This document shows positions 1-13,121 of a stretch of 64,000 bases of DNA, piece after piece. The notes under the pieces are model-generated. The model saw nothing but the letters and a program-made list of their open reading frames with translations. It was not told the origin of the DNA and ran no database searches. The number at the start of each line of letters is the position of its first letter. The first letter of the stretch is position 1. The position numbers and the translations under genes are program-made. The DNA is from Octopus sinensis (taxonomy: Eukaryota), in assembly GCF_006345805.1 (NCBI RefSeq), contig NC_042999.1, positions 168,640,001 to 168,704,000 on the forward strand, in the 5' to 3' direction.

Positions 1-600
1 ACATCGCTTTAGAAAGAATAACAAACTATATTGATAGAGCAAGAAGAAGCAGGCAGAGGAAAACTTTATGGTACACTGCCCCATATAGAATGTAGCCACT
101 AACATAGCTAGAAAATTCCTAAAATCAATAGATAACCACTTCTCACACTCACATAAATACTATAAAATCTTCAATAGAAATAGGGTCAATTATATTCAAC
201 CACAGTAAAAATAATATTAGGAATATCCCCCAAAGAGTATGTAATTGTAGATCTCTGCATGGCTGTCCCCTGAACACCAGGTGCCAGGAGAAAGATTACA
301 GATCTGAATGGAGTAACTAAAACAGGAATGACCCTCAAAGAAAGGTATATGCAACATTTGGCTTTGTTCAGAGACAAAAATAAACAACACGCAACATCCC
401 AATCTAATATGGTATGGATACTGAAAGACAGGAAATGAATAAACTAGAGCATTATTACTAAGGCCAACAAATACAGGGGACAGGTTAGCAAATGTAAATT
501 TTACATCACAGATAAGTTCAACATTATTACGTCAAATGCAAATATTTTAAATATTAGAGATAAGATCTCTCCTCCATGCATAAGTAACAGTTTGCAATCT
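1..600 (+). mobile_element. Penelope-like element remnant (thumb/linker plus GIY-YIG region), Naiad-like
   Basis: Frameshifted translation RQRKTLWYTAPY..NVATNIARKFLKSIDNHFSHSHKYYKIFNRNRV, CNCRSLHGCPL, LKERYMQH..FRD, VWILKD resembles Naiad-clade PLE motifs (IIWFNPPF, KIFNRN, CNCR..CPL). Confidence 0.7.
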
Positions 601-1297
601 AAAATTTCAAGCAGGACACACCACCAACTTTACCACTGCCCCATCTGCAACCTGGATAAGTTTTTTTACTCTGAAAAGCAATTATATGAACTTTATGCAT
701 AAAAGATACATGCTCCCATAAACTTGTGCTGAGTGTCCTTCATTACACAAATATATAGGCATCACACATATCCATGACACCACACAATATGCACAAATTT
801 ATGAACCCACAACTCCATGAGTTTAAAACCCCAGGAATAATCCCAGGAACCAAGTTGGATGTCAGAACATATGAAAGGAATGTGAAACTCCCCAAATATG
901 AGTACATATTCAAACACTAACAAAATGCATAATGCAGATGCAAAGATGTGTGTGTGTGTGTGTATAAAAGTATAAATATAGGCATAGATGGGATGGATGC
1001 AGATGCCTTCAAAAGAGAACTAAATCCTGCTATCAAGAATCCCAAATAAACCAACTTCAAGAACTGCAAATGAGGCCAGCAACATCATTCCTTCATTCAC
1101 CAAATACCAACTATTAAAGGAGGATTAATGAAAATGTAGCTGAAAGAAATAGAAGAGAAAATACACACACACACACACGTGTGTGTGTGTGCATCAAAAT
1201 GCCCAATAGGTAGGACAATTCAAGAGTTATAGAAGGTGCATGACCTGGGAAGACACATAAGTAATGATTCAGCATTCCATGTGCATATTACTAAAAT

Positions 1298-1632
1298 GGC
1301 AACAATGTCGGTGGCACGTAAAAAGCACCATCCGAATCGTGGCCGAAGCCAATGCCGCCTCGACTGGCTTCCGTGCAGGTGGCACGTAAAATGCACCAAT
1401 CCGACCGTGGCCGATGCCAGCCTCGCCTGGCACCAGTGCAGGTGGCACGTAAAAAGCACCCACTACACTCACGGAGTGGTTGGCGTTAGGAAGGGCATCC
1501 AACTGTAGAAACATTGCCAGATAAGACCGGAGCCTGGTGCAGCCTTCTAGCTTCCCAGATCCCCGGTCGAACCGTCCAACCCATGCCAGCATGGAAAAGC
1601 GGACGTTAAACGATGATGATGATGATGATGAT
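1298..1632 (+). mobile_element. Short RTE-3'-tail element (family B) with (GAT)n tail
   Basis: Matches the 3' UTR of the RTE LINE at 60890-61205 (gtggcacgtaaaaagcaccc...ggaagggcatccag...catgctagcatggaaa) and ends in (gat)n. Confidence 0.85.
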
Positions 1633-1639
1633 GTGCAGC

Positions 1640-2560
1640 TGAGTGGCTGGCTGGGTTTTGAGGTCATTCAGAACCAAGAAAAAGGATACCATGCTACTCT
1701 TATAGAAAAAAAGTTCCCTCAGCTGCCAACTGTAGTTGCCACAAAGTGTTGGTCTAACTGTGGAACTCAAGGCAATCCAATACCACTACACCAAGAAGAT
1801 TGATTTGCTCTAACAGACAAGCCACTAGGCGAGGCAAGAACTGGAAGACTGTTTCATCAAGAGAGGGCACACATATATTTGGAAGATCTGGAAGGTCTAG
1901 CTCCCAACCATACCAACCTACCTTTGAACCAGACTCCACTGCATTGTATCAAAGACATTGTTCTCTCTATCAAGAGTAAGGACACAGTATTGTAAAAGCT
2001 TGGGTTTCAAAGGCCCACAACTTTCCAACATTCTGCCAAACAACCTCAGAGATCTCTGAGGTGAATATGTGGCTGTTTCAAAAAATATTTGGACAAATTT
2101 TTATCTGAGGAACAAGATGAACCCACATTACAGCAGGGAACACAAGGAAGAGCAACTCTATTTAACTCACTTCTCTACCAGGACCAATTCCAGAAAGCCA
2201 GGAAGCATACACTAGAATGGATGCAGCCTTTGGTTGAAATCAACAAAAACAAACACACATTAAAATATATATATCAATACACAGACAGACAAGTACCAAT
2301 ATGCATGAAATTTGTTGAAGCAGATTGTCAGGTGCCAAGGCTTTTGATAAAGTTGATTGCAGAATTATATGTCAGAAACTTCATGGCTTTGACATAGAAG
2401 ACTAGGAGAGTAGCTGCATGTCTTTTAGAAGATGATAGTCAGACAGTTACAGCCACATGTGCTCTTTTCAAGGGAACATCATTTCAGAGTGGATACCCTT
2501 AGAAAACAACTGTACCAGAAACACTACTGTTCGTAGTGACTCTCAGATATGCAGTCAGTT
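1640..2560 (+). mobile_element. Degraded CR1-group LINE fragments
   Basis: Decayed similarity to the LINE at 9220-12740 (WVLRSFRT, YIWKI.EGLAPN, LGFKGPQL, AKAFDKVD). Confidence 0.65.
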
Positions 2561-3424
2561 ATTCAGCTAGACACTCTCACCAGCTCAGCTGGCAATACAA
2601 AAGTATCATAAGCAGTCAAGAGCCTTGATCAATACACAAAACTACAGAAAGACCTGAATGCAATTTGCAAATGAAATTGCCAGAAACTTGACAACCTTTC
2701 TATTGCTGGTGTCATAAGAAAATACATTGAGAACACTCTACAAAATGGTTGGTGTTAGGAAGGTATCCAGCAATAAAAATCAAGCCAGAACTGTGATGTG
2801 CGATGAGCAGAAGTAGAAACCTTGCCTACCCCAGTATGATGACAGTAACTCAGAACAAGAACTGACTCAGATCATAATGAAATCCAACCTGTGCTAGTAT
2901 TGAAAATGGACTGAAATGATGTACGAGTGTGTGTGCGTGTGAGAGAGAGAGAGTGTGTGTGTGTGTGTGTGTACACACACACACATCTACATCACAAGCA
3001 TTTCAAAAATCATTCATATCAAAGGGAATTTTATTAAATGGACATGTTGAAGACACAAATACGAAAAAAGCCATTTACAAACACCAGTGGTCATGCATAG
3101 AGGAAGGTGACCTTACTTGCCATGATAAATGAGGGATAAATTTGCTACAGGAAATAGGAAATAAAGCCTCTTGTATGCTACTCAATTACTCCGAATGTAT
3201 CTATATTTTGTATGAGTGTATTTGTACATAATTAGATGTTCACTGAAAGGTGAATACTCAAACCTGAAAATATAAAAGAAATACCTTGCAATATTAGATA
3301 CATATTCATAAATATATTTAAAAAAATAACGTTACATATCAATGTATGATGTACACTAAAATAACTATTTGGTTGTCCTAATTTTTTAAATTTTATTTTA
3401 ATCCTCATTTTGCATTTAATATTT

Positions 3425-4400
3425 TTTTTAGTCAGTCATTCTTCTTGATTGTTTATGACTCCCTGCCAACGTTTCCCAAGCTTTTCAATGCCTTGATGAT
3501 AGAAGTTGCCAGATCTTGACTCAATTCATCACACCATGTTTTAAGCTCCATCATTATTGAATAATACTCATAGACTGCTGGAGAGTAACTGGAATAGGTG
3601 ATAATCTGAAAGCATTATATCAAGAGATTATGGTGGTGTGGTAGAACTTCCCAACCGAGCTCTTGAACAGCATCTTTGATCAAATTAGCAATATCATAGT
3701 GGTCATTGCTACATTGAAGAAGCACATTGAAGAAGCCAGCTAGGCTGTTTCAGCTAGACATGAAACTTTGCATTGATTGTGTTGTTGTTGCTAAGCAGTT
3801 TGTAGTGGATTAGCATTTCTCAACCCCATCAAATATAGGAGGCAGCTCTGGCTTGGCTTGAGGAGCTGCTTGCTTGTTGGGACTCGGCTATTCTCTCTGT
3901 TTCATTATTGAAGTAAAGACACTATTTTTCATTGCCAGTGATGATGTGATCTGTGTCCACAAGTAGCTTGGTGTCAAGTGAGCAAACAGGCAGCAATAGA
4001 GGAGTGCTGGAATTTGTATTTTGTTCAGTGTGTAGCTCCATGCACTGAGTTTTTGGACCTTACTCCATGAGTGAAGGTAACAGGCAGCAGTATCAGGAGC
4101 ACATCCATCTGCTGGGTCAATTCCCAAAGGGACTGGTGCAGATCCTCATGGATGAGCTTGCTTAATCAATCCTCATTGAACTGTGTAGGTCAGCCAGAAC
4201 ATGGAGCCTGTGAGGGTGAATTTCTCCCCACTTGGAGCATGCAAACCATTTCAGTGCAGTTCTTTCAATAACAGCCACTTCCCCATACACAGCACAAATG
4301 TCATAGGCAACTTTGGTACTCTGATTGAAAGCAAAGAAAAGCAGATATCAAAAATGCTAATTTTTTTTCTACTTAACACTCCATTGTTATATATCTGACA
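3425..4400 (-). mobile_element. Mariner transposase pseudogene
   Basis: Minus-strand fragments ERTALKWF, LIHEDL, ITGNEK*CLY, QELGWEVLPH, FYHQGIEKLGKRWQ; many frameshifts. Confidence 0.8.
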
Positions 4401-4931
4401 AGAGATAAAATTTATACAAATTTTGAAAACATTCAACAAAAGCTGCAGAGGAAGAATAAAACTAGAAAACAAAAACATAAAACACCATGATAAAAAATAT
4501 TTTTGAATTAATTCAAATGACATTGGAAAGAAATGAATGAATTTGTTTGACAAGCCGTTATTTGCAATACTTATGTTCAAATGAGACTAAAATTTCCTTC
4601 ATTAGTGTACTATCCTACAATTTTGTTATAGTATCTTGTGGAAGTATAAAGAAATAGCATGAAAAGAAACTTTGAAACATTCATTTTTTTTTAGCATGTG
4701 TAAAATAACAATGAACAACGGTGGCAAACTTATAAATATATACATTTGAAATTAGTTATTACATAGAACATTTTGGATTTTCAAGATTATTAAATTAATC
4801 TTTCTCGGGTTATTTTAAATTTCTAAATCATTGTTTCAACTGTCTTCAGTTTTTATTTTTACATTCATTATCTAAACTTTACAATTTTATCTTTGAAAAT
4901 GGTTTATAAATTCACTAATTTTCTATATATT

Positions 4932-5344
4932 AGGCACAGGAGTGGCTGTGTGGTAAGTAGCTTGCTAACCAACCACATGGTTCCGGGTTCAGTCCCACTG
5001 CATGGCACCTTGGCCAAGTGTCTTCTACTATAGCCTCGGGCCGACCAAAGCCTTGTGAGTGGATTTGGTAGACGGAAACTGAAAGAAGCCCGTCGTATAT
5101 ATGTATATATATGTATGTGTGTGTATGTGTTTGTGTGTCTGTGTTTGTCCCCTTAGCATTGCTTGACAGCCAATGCTGGTGTGTTTATGTCCCCGTTACT
5201 TAGCGGTTCAGCAAAAGAGACCGATAGAATAAGTTCTGGGCTTACAAAAGAATAAGTCCTGGGGGTCGATTTGCTCAACTAAAGGCGGTGCTCCAGCATG
5301 GCTGCAGTCAAATGACTGAAACAAGTAAAAGAGTAAAAAAGAGT
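4932..5344 (+). mobile_element. tRNA-derived SINE family A (octopus OK/OR-like)
   Basis: Head aggcgcaggagtggctgtgtggtaag (A box), ggttcagtccc (B box), internal (TA)/(TG) tract, tail gaaacaagtaaaagagt; about nine near-complete copies in the window. Confidence 0.9.
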
Positions 5345-5535
5345 ATATATTCTTTATCTAAGTTTAGACTCAGAACTTTGATTTTTAATGAAGTTCTTCA
5401 ACATACTTATTCGCTATACAACACTGCAACATCACAGTAAACAATACTAACCTGTTATAAAATGAGTAAACAGCTAGTGTATATTACATTTACTCATACA
5501 AAGTAATCAGTCTGAAACATGAATTATAACTGGTA

Positions 5536-6142
5536 TTGCGTTGGACAAAGCATATCTCTAAAATTGTCAAGAAGGCCGAGGGTGTCTTGGCATCACTCAG
5601 CAAGACTTTTGTTAGCCGCTCTCCAGCCATCTATTTAAAACTGTATACAGCTATGGTACGACCACACTTGGAATTCGCATCATCAGTTTGGAATCCCTAT
5701 CTTGCTCAGAACATTGACCTCCTGGAATCTGTCCAGAGACGTGCAACCAAACGCATACCCTCCATCAGACACCTACCATATTCTGAGCGCCTTGTTTCCC
5801 TGGGCATGGATTCACTGAAGCTCCGGCGTCTGGCGACGGACCAACCACCTCACCAACAACAACACTGAACACCTTTTTGATCTCCATGTGTCTAACACAC
5901 GTGGACATGCCTACAAAGTCAGAAAACAGCACAGCTCCCATGACTTTCGGAAACATTTTTTCACGCTCAGGGTTGCTGAAGCGTGGAATAAACTGCCTGC
6001 ATCAGTTGTTGACTGCCATGACACTGCATCCTTTAAGGCCCTCATGCTTCCCGAAATCCGTCGAAACTACACCTGATTATATATACACTTTAGATGAGTT
6101 GTAGTGCACCTGAGCACTGTACACAATTATTATTATTATTAT
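5536..6142 (+). mobile_element. CR1-clade LINE 3' fragment with (ATT)n tail
   Basis: LYTAMVRPHLEFASSVWNPY..LESVQRRATK and TRGHAYK..RKHFFTLRVAEAWNKLP are typical CR1 ORF2 C-terminal motifs. Confidence 0.88.
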
Positions 6143-6231
6143 TGCTGACTTCTCATATGCTTTGGATTGTAAAATGGGATTGTTTAGGACATGTTTCAGT
6201 AAATATTTTGAGTTACTATTTGAAATTATAT

Positions 6232-6429
6232 ACTCTTACTCTCTTTTACTCTTTTACTTGTTTCAGTCATTTGACTGCGGCCATGCTGGAGCACCGCCTT
6301 TAGTCGAGCAAATCGACCCCGGGACTTATTCTTTTTGTAAGCCCAGTACTTATTCTATCGGTCTCTTTTTGGTTATCAAGCAATGCTAGGGGAACAAACA
6401 TAGACACACAACACACACACACACAACAC

Positions 6430-6466
<37 letters not shown>

Positions 6467-6637
6467 CATATATACGACAGGCTTCTTTCAGTTTCCGTCT
6501 ACCAAATCCACTCATAAGGCATTGGTCGGCCGGGGCTATAGCAGAAGACACTTGCCCAAGATGCCACGCAGTGGGACTGAACCCGGAACCATGTGGTTGG
6601 TTAGCAAGCTACTTACCACACAGCCACTCCTGCGCCT
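6232..6637 (-). mobile_element. SINE family A (internal deletion)
   Basis: Reverse complement of the 4932-5344 family. Confidence 0.9.
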
Positions 6638-6984
6638 GTTGCAAATAGAAGTAACTCCTTTGAGAATGTTATGAAGTAGAAGAAATGACATGTAAATAAA
6701 AGAAAACTGTCACACACACACACAAATAAAATGGATAAATTTTCAAATAAATGACTTTATTAGCAATTATTTAATTTGGTATCTTAGGTGAAGAGAAACA
6801 ATTATTCAAAAGACAATCTGCATATATACCAGAATAACTATGATGTACCTGAACTGTTGGAGGATTATAATTGTAGTGAGGATTATAATTATACAGCTAA
6901 TGTATGTCAATAATGAGATTACTAAAAAAAATGATAGATTAGCTATTCATGGTTTGGAACTTTTAGAAAATCTGATGAGAAGTA

Positions 6985-7362
6985 ATCTTCTCTCTCTATA
7001 TAAACGGCAGTTTGTCTGTCTGTGTGTCTGTCAGGTTGTACCCTCACCCTGACCACAGCTTTCAACCGATTCTGATGAAACTTGACACACACATAGCCCA
7101 ATGTCATAATTCAAAACTAACACAGCGAAAATTTTGAAAAGTTCCCCCAGTTCTGAAAAAAATCGATAAATTCGACATGGGGTCGAGAATCAGAAACACA
7201 AACCACAGACTGTCTAGGGGACGCAACTCGACCTTTTTAACTCTCAAAAAAATTTACCATAATTTTTTTCCCATTTTTTTCTATTTTTTGGCTATAACTC
7301 TCTAAAAATGCTTTATAGTTATTTCCCTTACAAACCCGAGCAACGCTGGGCAATACTGCTAG
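6985..7362 (+). mobile_element. Non-autonomous Helitron-like element
   Basis: 5' tc(tc)ntatataaa and (gtct) repeats; 3' hairpin cccgagcaacgctggg then CTAG|T; inverted copy at 8328-8700. Confidence 0.75.
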
Positions 7363-8327
7363 TTGTGGTTAAAGAAAGGAATGAGAGGATTGGATGAAAT
7401 TTAAAATGTTTAATATATTACAAAACTACTTGACCAATTGCACACCTAGGAACAATTAAAGAATTGGTAGAAAATGTCATAAAAAATGGAAATAACTTCA
7501 ATACCAGTACAGGCACAGTACTTAATCTGCATAATGATAGTTGCTTGTCATGTGATTAATGACAAGCAACTATCATTACTGAATTATTACTGACCTCGGT
7601 TGTAAGAATTCATGTTCAAATATATAACTAGTAAAATGTACTATGAATAGGTGTAGTTTATTGGTGGATAAAGTAAAGAGAATCAAGTCTTTATCAGTAT
7701 CTTAGCAAGCTGAATTATTAACTTGCTAGCCTAAAATTAATTTTTTTTCAATTTTGTTACTCGTACCGCTGTGAGTCATATTTCACAGACAAGTAAATCT
7801 TCAGTGAAAAGCATGGTTGGTGTTGAAAAGCATGGGTTCTTTGTCAGTCGAATAAACCTTACTACACACCATGAAGACAGGAATGGCAAAGTCTAATGTA
7901 GCAATAAAACTAAACATTGTAAGACATTTATTCTGAGTCTTCAAGTTTTCAAATTTCCCTTCTATGTACAATTGAAAAGGGTTTTGTTAATTTGCAGTGA
8001 GAAGCTAACCTTTTCAAATGACAATTGACTTCAATAAGTTTGTATTCTATGTATTCTACCCAAAGGAAATGATGTCTCTCATCTTGCTAGATGATTTATA
8101 AAACTGAGATAAGATTCAATACTATCAGCTGTCTAGTAATTGTTATGAATGATATGGTAATAAAAGGAAATAAGTCGTCGTTTAAGTGATTGTTCAAACA
8201 AAACTGAATATCTTACTGATATTTGAATCAGTGAGTCATAGGCAGTTACTCATAAAGACACAGGTACCATATTAAATATATGAAAACAGAATTCATATTC
8301 CTTGCAATTTTGCTTTGTATGTACAAA

Positions 8328-8700
8328 CTAGCAGTATCGCCCGGCGTTGCTCGGGTTTGTAAGGGAAATAACTATAAAGCATTTTTAGAGAGTTATAGCC
8401 AAAAGATGTAACAAAAATGATGGTAAATTTTTTTTTAGTTAAAAAGGTCGAGTTGCGTCCCCTAGACAGTCTGTGGTTTGTGTTTCTGATTCTCGACCCC
8501 ATGTCGAATTTATCGATTTTTTTCAGAACTGGGGGAACTTTTCAAAATTTTCGCTGCGTTAGTTTTGAATTATGACATTGGGCTATGTGTGTGTTAAGTT
8601 TCATCAGAATCGGTTGAAAGCCATGGTCAGGGTGAGGGTACAACCTAACAGACACACAGAAACACACACAGACAAACTGCCGTTTATATATAGAGAGATA
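8328..8700 (-). mobile_element. Non-autonomous Helitron-like element (inverted copy of 6985-7362)
   Basis: Close reverse-complement match; starts actagcagtatcgcccggcgttgctcggg. Confidence 0.75.
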
Positions 8701-9219
8701 TACATAATATCTATATCAAAAGGTTTGATTGATTTAGATTTATCACTTCTTTCATAAATTTGTCAATACAGTTAAGGGTTAACAAGCTATTTCTGTAGAG
8801 AATCTGTAAAAGCATACGGCTTGCTTTTCTTAAGTGTTGTTGACTACTTTTTAACCTTTTATTTGTATTGTGTTACTTTGTAATGTAAAGCATTCGGTGT
8901 ATGTAGGTGATTTTGTCCTCATTTTTTAATCCTTCTCATTAAAGGTTGACTGACTTTAAACAGGACATTCTACTAAGGATGATTGTGGTTTTAAATACGA
9001 TATTTCAATAAACACAAAGAGCATAAAAAATACAACAAAGAGCACAACAGATCTTCCTCATTTTTTCACCAGGATAAAGCAATATATTTGAACTGATGGC
9101 CCTGAACCTATATGTTATCTTGCAAATTTTATTGCCACTAGCCTTTCTTTTAATTGCAGCTCTCCTGCTCTGAAAGCAGAAAATACTCTCATTTAACAGA
9201 AAGTGATTAAGCAAACTCA

Positions 9220-12200
9220 AGTCCTTCGGGAGGATATTGAAGAGCTGTGGACCTCTGAAGTCCAGGCTATCACAGTATCTTGTCCTACATCTTGATGGCA
9301 AATTTGGAGTCCTTGGCACTATGCAGTGACGCCCAGTTCTAGTATTTGTGTAACTCTCGATGCCAAAGTTTGGGACAAGTCCTTCCAGGATCTTCCAGAT
9401 GTATATTATGTCATATCTTTCTCAACTACACTCTAAGGAATAGAGTCTTAATCTCTTGAGTCTTTCCCAATAGCTTATATGCTGCACAGAGGCTATCTTC
9501 GTGTAACTTTGTTGGATCGCCTCCAGTTTTGAGATTAATTTGACACTGGTTGGTGACCATAACTGAGAGCAATAGTCAAAGTGGCTTAGGACAAGTGTCC
9601 TCCAGAGGACCATCATGGTTTCCTGGTCTCTTGTTCTAAAAGCTCTAAGAATCCATCCGGTCAGCCGCCTACATTTCATTGCCAATTTAACAACATGCAC
9701 CTGAAAGTTTGCATCATCACTCATGTAAATACCCAGGTCTCGCACTGATTGTACCTCCGGGATTGCAATCCCTCCAGGTCCAGTGCATTTATTGGGTAAT
9801 GCATTTACTTTTGCATGCTGATAGCATAAAGCTTGAAACTTTTCAGCATTGAACTGCATGCTATTCTTTTCAGCCCACTTGTATATTTCTTCCAGCTCAC
9901 ATTGCAGGTGCTTAGTGTCTTCAGGGTTCTGTATTGCCTGTGAAACTTTTGCATCATCTGCATAACTTGTGATCATGGCTCTTTACGTGGCTGAGGGCAT
10001 GCCTGAGAGGGCCATTATGAACAGTAGTGGTCCCAAAACAGTGTCTTGCGGAACGCCGCTCACTATTTGCGTGTTATTGGAGGTGACCCCATTGGCTACT
10101 ACCACCTGACTTCTATCCTTCAGAAAGTCATGAAACCATTCTCCCAATTTTCCAACTATGCCAAAATCACACAGTTTGTGACATATCATTCCATGATCGA
10201 CTTTATCAAAGGCCTTTGCAAAGTTGAGATATATCACTTCCACATTTGAGTGGTTGAGCAGTTGTTTCAGCACCCAGTCATAGTGTTGTAGGAGCTGAGT
10301 TAGGCAGCTTCTTCCTTGTCGGAAACCATGTTGGGTGTCAGGCAGCAAGTTATTTTCTTCAAGGAAGGCGATTAGTTTCCTTCTGACTATTCGTTCCATG
10401 ACCTTGCTGATGTGTGAGGTCAGAGAGATTGGTCTGTAGTTCTTGGCCTCCGCTCTGCTACCTCCTTTATGAATAGGGCATATTTTACCCTCCTTCAGTT
10501 TTCTTGGAAGTTTGCCAGCTGCAAGGAAGCTCTGAAAGAGGAACTGCAGTGGTCTTGCTAGGACTCTCTTACTTACTTTTAGAAGGATTGATGGGAATTC
10601 ATCTGGGCCAGTAGCTGAGTTTGTTTTCATTTCATCAATAGCCTTTATTACATCGTCTTCCTTTATATTGATGTAATCAATCATCGCTGCCTCTGATTTT
10701 ACATCTGCAGTGGTAAAGAAGTCAGTTGGGTTGCTGACTTGAAAATGCCCTAGGGGTGGAGTGAAAATACTCTTGAATTGCTCATTTAGTATTTCACTTA
10801 TCTTCGTTGGATTTCCTGTGAGTGTGCCTTCTTTTTCAAGGAGTGGCCCTATCCTACAGTGCACCATAGCTGTTTCTTTGGCAAACTTGTAGAAAGCTCT
10901 GGGGTTAGATTTTATGTTGTCTATAGCCCAGGCTTCTTTGTCTGCTCTTTCTTTTCATGGGAGAGTTGCAGACATTTTTCAATTTCCAACAGTTTTATCT
11001 TTAGGCGGGACATTTTACTGCTTTCAATTTGTTTGTTTAGGCAATTTGAAACTTTTGTATGCCGTCTCATAAGAATTTTCCTCTCTCTGGGGATTTTGTT
11101 CTTGTGTACAGTGGCCTTTCTCTCTGGGACACATTTGTAGCATATGGCTTGCATTACAGACATGAATTGTTGAAGTTTCATGTCGATGTCTGGCGAGGAG
11201 AGACATTTAGGCCAGTTATCTTTGAGGATTTCTTTCTCAATTTGTTTCCAGTTTGCCTTATGGAAGTTCAAGCTGGAAAGATTCTGAGAGTTTCATGTAG
11301 ACTGCATGTCCATGCTTTCCTTTAGCCTGTACATGGTCAACTCTACCATGTTGTGATCCGAGAGTAGTGTCGGTGTCACTTTCACATTATGGATGAGATC
11401 CATATTATTTGTGAAGCAGAGATCCAGTATGTTACCTGCCCTGGTTGGTTGGAGTATTATTTGCTCCATGTATAGAGTGTTGATAAGGTTCAGGAGGGAC
11501 CTCGCCTGTCCTCATTCGCATCGTGTCATTCCTGGGAGAGAAAGGCCCTCGGGCCATCTGACATTGGGCAGATTGAAGTCTCCCATAAGAAGTACACTTA
11601 TGTGTTATTGTAACGTGACTAGAACTTCTATTTTTGTAAGGCAGTCTTCAAACTTGCCTACATGGCTTGGAGCATCTGGAGGACGATATGTAGTACATAT
11701 AACTACACCGAGTTGCCTTATATGTACAATTAGTGTGTCACACACTGAATTTGAGTATGACAAAAGGACCTGGGGTGTGAGGTCCTCGCAGATATACATA
11801 GCAGCTCCACCATGACTCCTTTCTTTTCTGTCGGTCCGTAGTACAACATACTGTGGTATGTGTATTTCTGCATTTGCTATGTCCGGTTTCAGGTGTGTTT
11901 CCATAAGTGCTATGCATAAGGCTTGATTGCATGCAACAAGGTCTCTCAAGGGATTTTTGTCCTGTTACTGAGTGTTAGCAGTCCTCTGATGTTCAGTAGG
12001 AGCATCGAGGTGATGTGTGTGTTGTTGCCAGTGGTGTCCACTTTGGGGCTATTTGCTGTGGCGGTCTTGTGTATTGTGGATAGTCCCATCTGTGAGTTTG
12101 AGTTTGATGGAGCCAGGTTAGCTGCTGTACAATCTTTTGTGCCATGCACAAAAAAGATTCTTCTTCAGCAGCTGCCCTTTCAATAACATGTTGATGGTTT

Positions 12201-12740
12201 GTAACACGCACTACATCTGCGTACTTCCGTTTTAGGGCAGGTGGTGCGTAGTCCTTTCCTTTTCCTTTTGGCAGTTAGTTTCTGCCTGTTTCATGTTTAT
12301 GTGACAGGGTCTTTGGTGTGCAAAACGGCAGCCTGCACCTTCCTCTCCATGCCAGCAGACACCTTTCATGTAGAATTTACACATTCGTGTGTGCTGTCTC
12401 TTTCTATCCTTTTTGGTACATGGATAGTCAGGTTTGCTTCTATCCTTGGCTTCTATCCTTGGTTTTGTTTGAGTTTTAGTTTTGCCTTCTTTGGCTGTTT
12501 CATCTTTTGTTTTTCTTTTAGTTTTTCTTTCTTTTACTTCTTTTTTGGCTCTTTCATCTCCATGGTTTTGGCTTTTGATGCTGGTAGGGGCACTTGCACT
12601 TAGGTTTACTTCCCGGGCAGGTTTCTCACTTGAATCTCCTTTGTTTTCCTGGGTGTTTACCAAGGGGGGTGGGCATCTTTCATCTGCACCCGTGCCTCCA
12701 TCCTTGCCATCTTTGTTTTGTTCGATGTGAAAGATAGCAT
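9220..12740 (-). mobile_element. CR1-group LINE, ORF1 (CCCH finger) plus EN-RT ORF2, frameshifted
   Basis: APE motifs (LLNIRGL, METHL, GGAAMY, YRPP, SDHN), RT motifs (NYRPISLTS, QHGFR, FAKAFDKV, SGVPQ, SYADD); ORF1 has [22 protein letters not shown]. Confidence 0.9.
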
Positions 12741-12742
12741 CA

Positions 12743-12891
12743 ATATATATACGTACGTACGTACATACGTATGTATGTATGTATATATGTATATGTATGT
12801 ATGTATGTATGTATATATGTATATATTTATGTATATATATATATGTATATGTATACATATATATGTATATATATATATATATGTATGTATA

Positions 12892-12946
<55 letters not shown>

Positions 12947-12974
12947 TATATATATATGTATGTATGTATGTATA

Positions 12975-13027
<53 letters not shown>

Positions 13028-13072
13028 GTATATGTATACCTATGTATATGTGTATATATGTATGTATATATG

Positions 13073-13104
<32 letters not shown>

Positions 13105-13121
13105 TGTATATGTATATATAT
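12743..13121. repeat. Compound (TA)n/(TATG)n microsatellite
   Basis: Directly visible. Confidence 0.97.

Noticed and set aside
4932-5010. tRNA genes at SINE heads (also 23849 and 33308)
   Set aside because: A/B boxes continue into multi-copy SINE bodies; no complete cloverleaf or terminator seen
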